Origin: Candidatus Eiseniibacteriota bacterium
GTDB taxonomy: Bacteria; Eisenbacteria; RBG-16-71-46; CAIMUX01
NCBI GenBank assembly: GCA_903844735.1
Contig: CAIMUX010000087.1
Location: 4,738-68,737 of the forward strand
Length of the DNA: 64,000 bases
Direction: 5' to 3'
Shown here: one piece after another, positions 61,160 through 64,000 of the stretch
Layout of the letters: the number at the start of each line of letters is the position of its first letter
How positions within the stretch are numbered: position 1 is the first letter of the stretch
Made by a program: the position numbers and the translations under genes
Notes under the pieces: model-generated
Seen by the model: the letters and a program-made list of their open reading frames with translations, nothing else
What the model was told of the DNA's origin: nothing
Databases searched by the model: none

Positions 61160-62485
61160 CTACTCCGGCGCCGCCAGCCAAGGGCCACGCCACGCGGCCT
61201 CGACGGCCCGCACTGAGCCCGGTTTCCTTCTCACATGGTCGTAGGCGAAAAGGCAGACTCCCGAGGGGGAACGCCGCCGGGCCCAGCGGAGTTGCTCCCC
61301 TAGCCCACCGGATTCCACCCGATCGGCGCTAAGGCCATATATGAGACGCAGACTGTCGGCCCCGGCGAATACGGACCGGCGGCGAAGATCATCGAGCTTG
61401 AAGATCGATGCGGTGTAAGCCATCGGAATGGCGCGGTCGATCCAGCCTTCCCGCAGCCACTGTACCCAGTCCTGCCTCACCGCCGTGACAGCCTCCTGTG
61501 GGTCGGGACGCACCGCCGCACTCAGGAGGATCCGCGGCCGGAGGGCCCGGGCGAGTTGGGCAGCCTCCGCCACGAATCGGCTTACTGCGTCCCGCTGCGA
61601 CCGCGCCCGCGTGGTGTCAGCGATGATGTCACCACCGGGATCGGCTGGGTCGAGACAGGAGTCGGACGGATAGCGGACATAGTCCCAATGCAGACCGTCG
61701 AGCGGGTAGGCACGAACAAGTTCGTCGACGAGGGCCAGGAGATGCCGGCGCACATCGCCCGAACCGGGCGCGAGGTAGGCTCCCTCCAGACGGGCCCGAC
61801 GCCGCTCCCCGGACGACAACCCCAGGCTCGACCGGCCGTCCGCCAGACGAAGTGCCCATCCCGGGTGCTCGCTGAGGGCATGTCCGGGCGGCGGATCACC
61901 CGGACCCGACCAGGCCACAAAGCAGTTGAACCAGGCGTGCACCCGCAAGCCTCGCGCGTGTGCTTCTTCGATGAAGAGCCGGAGAGGATCACGAGTGAGA
62001 ACCTGCAGCGCAGATCCATGTATCGCTGTGAGCGCGGGCGAGGCGGGCACCAGGCGAGAAGGATAGAGCGCGTCACCGCGCACGCGGACCTGCACGAGAA
62101 GGTCGGAGGCGCCCCAAGCCGCCGCATCGCGCACCGTCTCGCGGATCGATCGGTCGGTAGCCAACTGGTCGGCCTTGACCCACACCGCCTTCCACGCTTC
62201 GGACGGTGGTGCCGCGCGGTCCGGCACAATCAGGGCGGCCGGGAGGGCGGAGGTGAGGGCGGCCGTAGTCTCCCCGGCTGTCACTGCCGGCGCGCCGGCG
62301 GACGCGACGGAGACCTCGGAGGCGAGCGGGCCGACGAAAACAGCGGAGGCGATGGAGGTAAGAACAAGCAGGGTGAAGGCGACGGCCGGACCATCCCAAG
62401 GCAGCCGCCCCGCGCGGGAGATATGACGCGGGCGGAAGGACCGTCGTCCTCCCGCCCGCATGGCCATGAGAAAACCCCAGGTCAT
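61160..62485 (-). CDS. Glycoside-hydrolase-like family 10 (GHL10/DUF187-type) protein
   Basis: 441 aa with N-terminal TM/signal (AVAFTLLVLTSIASAVFVG) and TIM-barrel-like motifs (LLVQVRVRGDALYPS, GLRVHAWFNCF, GLHWDYVRYP). The first ATG overlaps the rplQ stop (TCAT at 62482-62485); internal Met at 62467/62461 are alternative starts. Confidence 0.55.
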   Translation of the reverse strand: MTWGFLMAMRAGGRRSFRPRHISRAGRLPWDGPAVAFTLLVLTSIASAVFVGPLASEVSVASAGAPAVTAGETTAALTSALPAALIVPDRAAPPSEAWKAVWVKADQLATDRSIRETVRDAAAWGASDLLVQVRVRGDALYPSRLVPASPALTAIHGSALQVLTRDPLRLFIEEAHARGLRVHAWFNCFVAWSGPGDPPPGHALSEHPGWALRLADGRSSLGLSSGERRRARLEGAYLAPGSGDVRRHLLALVDELVRAYPLDGLHWDYVRYPSDSCLDPADPGGDIIADTTRARSQRDAVSRFVAEAAQLARALRPRILLSAAVRPDPQEAVTAVRQDWVQWLREGWIDRAIPMAYTASIFKLDDLRRRSVFAGADSLRLIYGLSADRVESGGLGEQLRWARRRSPSGVCLFAYDHVRRKPGSVRAVEAAWRGPWLAAPE

Positions 62486-63135
62486 TGTCCGCGCTGGGAT
62501 CCTCGCGTCTTCTTCGGCGCAGAACCAGGACCGGTCTTGCCCTTCGTCCAGTTCCGGCCGCCCTTGTCGGCATTATCTTTGGCCCGCACCTTCCCCGACT
62601 TCTTTTCGGTGGTCTTCGCCTTCGGCTTGTCCTTCTCGGTCACAGCGTCTGTGTCCGCAGCCGCGGCAGCGGGCGCCTCCTCCTTCTTTCCTCGCCCGAA
62701 GAGGCCTCGTTTCTTTGGCTGTTCCACCGTAGCAGCCTCAGCCTCCTCGCGCCGCTTCCGGTCGGCGTCCTTCTGCTCGCGCGTCTTCACCAGCTCAAGG
62801 ATCCCCATCTGCCCGGCGTCCCCCAGGCGAATCCTCGTCTTCAGGATGCGCGTGTAACCACCTTCGCGGGTGGCGTAGAGGGGAGCGATCACGTCAAAAA
62901 GCCGCTGCACCGCCTCGGGCTCGAAGAGCACGGCCGCGCAGAGCCGGCGCGAGTGGAGATTGTTCCTCTTGGCGAAGGTGATCAGGCGCTCGGCGAGCCG
63001 TCGCGCCTCCTTGGCCTTGGCCACAGTGGTCTCGATGCGCTCGTGCATGAAGAGCGCGGTGACGAGGTTGCGCAGCAGAGCCTTCCTATGGGAGGCGGTA
63101 CGGCTGAGCTTGCGATGATCAAGACGATGTCTCAT
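62482..63135 (-). CDS. rplQ: 50S ribosomal protein L17 with about 95-aa Lys/Ala/Glu-rich C-terminal extension
   Basis: MRHRLDHRKLSRTASHRKALLRNLVTALFMHERIETTVAKAKEARRLAERLITFAKR...GGYTRILK is canonical L17. The tail is EQKDADRKRREEAEAATVEQPKKRGLFGRGKKEEAPAAAAADTDAVTEKDKPKAKTTEKKSGKVRAK... Confidence 0.9.
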   Translation of the reverse strand: MRHRLDHRKLSRTASHRKALLRNLVTALFMHERIETTVAKAKEARRLAERLITFAKRNNLHSRRLCAAVLFEPEAVQRLFDVIAPLYATREGGYTRILKTRIRLGDAGQMGILELVKTREQKDADRKRREEAEAATVEQPKKRGLFGRGKKEEAPAAAAADTDAVTEKDKPKAKTTEKKSGKVRAKDNADKGGRNWTKGKTGPGSAPKKTRGSQRGQ

Positions 63136-63183
63136 AGCTTACTTCCCTTCCCCGGGCCTGGACGCGGAAACGGCGCCGGCCTC

Positions 63184-64000
63184 TCAGATGTCCTGATCGG
63201 CATCCTCAGCGTCGTCGCCGTCCTCGACGTCGCCATCGTCCGCCAACTCCGCCAGATCCTCATCGGCATCTCTGCCGGCCGCGGGTCCCATGACCCCAAG
63301 GTAGCGAGTGACGTCCATGCCGAAGTGCAAGCCCATGGCGACCAACAGGTCCGCGATTTCCTTCAGAGACTTCTTGCCAAAGTTGCGGTACTGGAGCATC
63401 TCGGCCTCGGACTTCTGGACCAGCTCGCCGAGAGACCCGATCTTGGCCGCCCGGAGGCAATTTGCCGAGCGGACCGACAGCTCGAGCTCGTCGACGGTCT
63501 TCTCCAGCTTGGCCTTCACCTCCAGATACTCCGTGTCGACGATCTCCTCCCGCTCTTCCTCGAACGGCTCCTCGAAGCGCACGAAGAGCTTGAAGTGGTC
63601 GCTCAGAATCCTGGACGCCATGGCGAGCGCGTCCATCGGCAGCATGGATCCGTCGGTCCAGAGTTCGAGGGTCAGCTTGTCGAAATCGATACGCTGGCCG
63701 ATCCGCGTGTTGTCCACCGAGAAATTGACCTTGCCCACCGGGGAGAATGCGGTGTCGAGGGCGACCCAACCGATGGGGCGTTGATCCGCACCTGGCTGCT
63801 GCTCGTAGGGAACGAAACCCTTTCCAGCCGCCACCTCGATCTCCAGCTTGAGTTCGCCGCCTTTGTTCACGGTTGCAACCGGCATAGCGGGGTTGAGCAC
63901 CTCGATGTCAGATGAGATCTCGAGATCCCCCGCGGTCACCACCTTCGGACCCTTGGCATGAAACATCCCGCGCCTTGGCCCATCCCCATGGTGCTTGAAA
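63184..64000 (-). CDS. rpoA: DNA-directed RNA polymerase alpha subunit, 3' portion (the N-terminal part lies beyond the window end)
   Basis: The C-terminal domain [56 protein letters not shown] matches the alpha-CTD, and the body matches the alpha-NTD insert regions. The reading frame stays open to position 64000. Acidic C-terminal tail. Confidence 0.85.
   Translation of the reverse strand, partial: FKHHGDGPRRGMFHAKGPKVVTAGDLEISSDIEVLNPAMPVATVNKGGELKLEIEVAAGKGFVPYEQQPGADQRPIGWVALDTAFSPVGKVNFSVDNTRIGQRIDFDKLTLELWTDGSMLPMDALAMASRILSDHFKLFVRFEEPFEEEREEIVDTEYLEVKAKLEKTVDELELSVRSANCLRAAKIGSLGELVQKSEAEMLQYRNFGKKSLKEIADLLVAMGLHFGMDVTRYLGVMGPAAGRDADEDLAELADDGDVEDGDDAEDADQDI

Overview
High-GC (about 65-70%) bacterial chromosomal window, densely coding; six-frame ORFs on antisense strands are mostly shadows. 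The gene content is consistent with a Gemmatimonadota-like genome, but that is a guess. The gene content includes a T9SS-type C-terminal sorting domain, SLH, CBM9/DUF5916 and an rplQ with a basic tail.

Overall layout:
- 1-10037: a minus-strand envelope/signalling cluster. It holds a WD40-CARDB protein, a HetF-like caspase-domain lipoprotein, two TPR proteins (one with SLH), an MltC-like lytic transglycosylase and two secreted hypotheticals.
- 10915-16426: a split MacB-type efflux operon (small secreted protein, ABC ATPase, TolC-like OMP, MFP, FtsX permease). It is followed by a truncated, frameshifted YafK-type L,D-transpeptidase remnant.
- 16889-19546: a CBM9-like/DUF5916 protein.
- 19838-24754: a nucleobase catabolism cluster of uridine phosphorylase, a two-subunit molybdenum hydroxylase with no FAD subunit, and a CodA-like cytosine deaminase.
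- 24787-31560: an accessory patch with VapBC, a carboxylesterase, an alpha/beta hydrolase, a zeta-family P-loop kinase with a downstream small gene, and an IS3/IS481-type transposase remnant.
- 31560-35737: two tandem DUF3857/transglutaminase-like paralogs, one with Cys to Ser at the nucleophile position.
- 36416-39630: a MAM/lectin-like lipoprotein and a carboxypeptidase-regulatory-domain ORF.
- 40067-40816: a Glu/Arg/Lys-rich coiled-coil protein.

The most interesting region is 40932-54783, a seven-gene minus-strand defence locus. It is built on the DUF499 ATPase / DUF1156 methyltransferase / SNF2 helicase ('Hma'-like) core. Four extra genes are embedded between the core genes: a zinc-ribbon protein, a CBS-HEPN protein, and two tandem AlbA_2/Schlafen-like plus HATPase_c_4 paralogs.

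Upstream of that locus lie a roughly 550-bp array of degenerate 42-bp tandem repeats and tRNA-Asn(GUU). A roughly 90-nt hairpin-containing element occurs three times in the window. Its 3' end is identical over 16-17 nt to the tRNA-Asn 3' end, which suggests att-site footprints of islands accreted at tRNA-Asn.

The window ends with an M14 carboxypeptidase and a small protein sharing a T9SS-like C-terminal domain, a glycoside-hydrolase-like family 10 protein, rplQ and the 3' part of rpoA.
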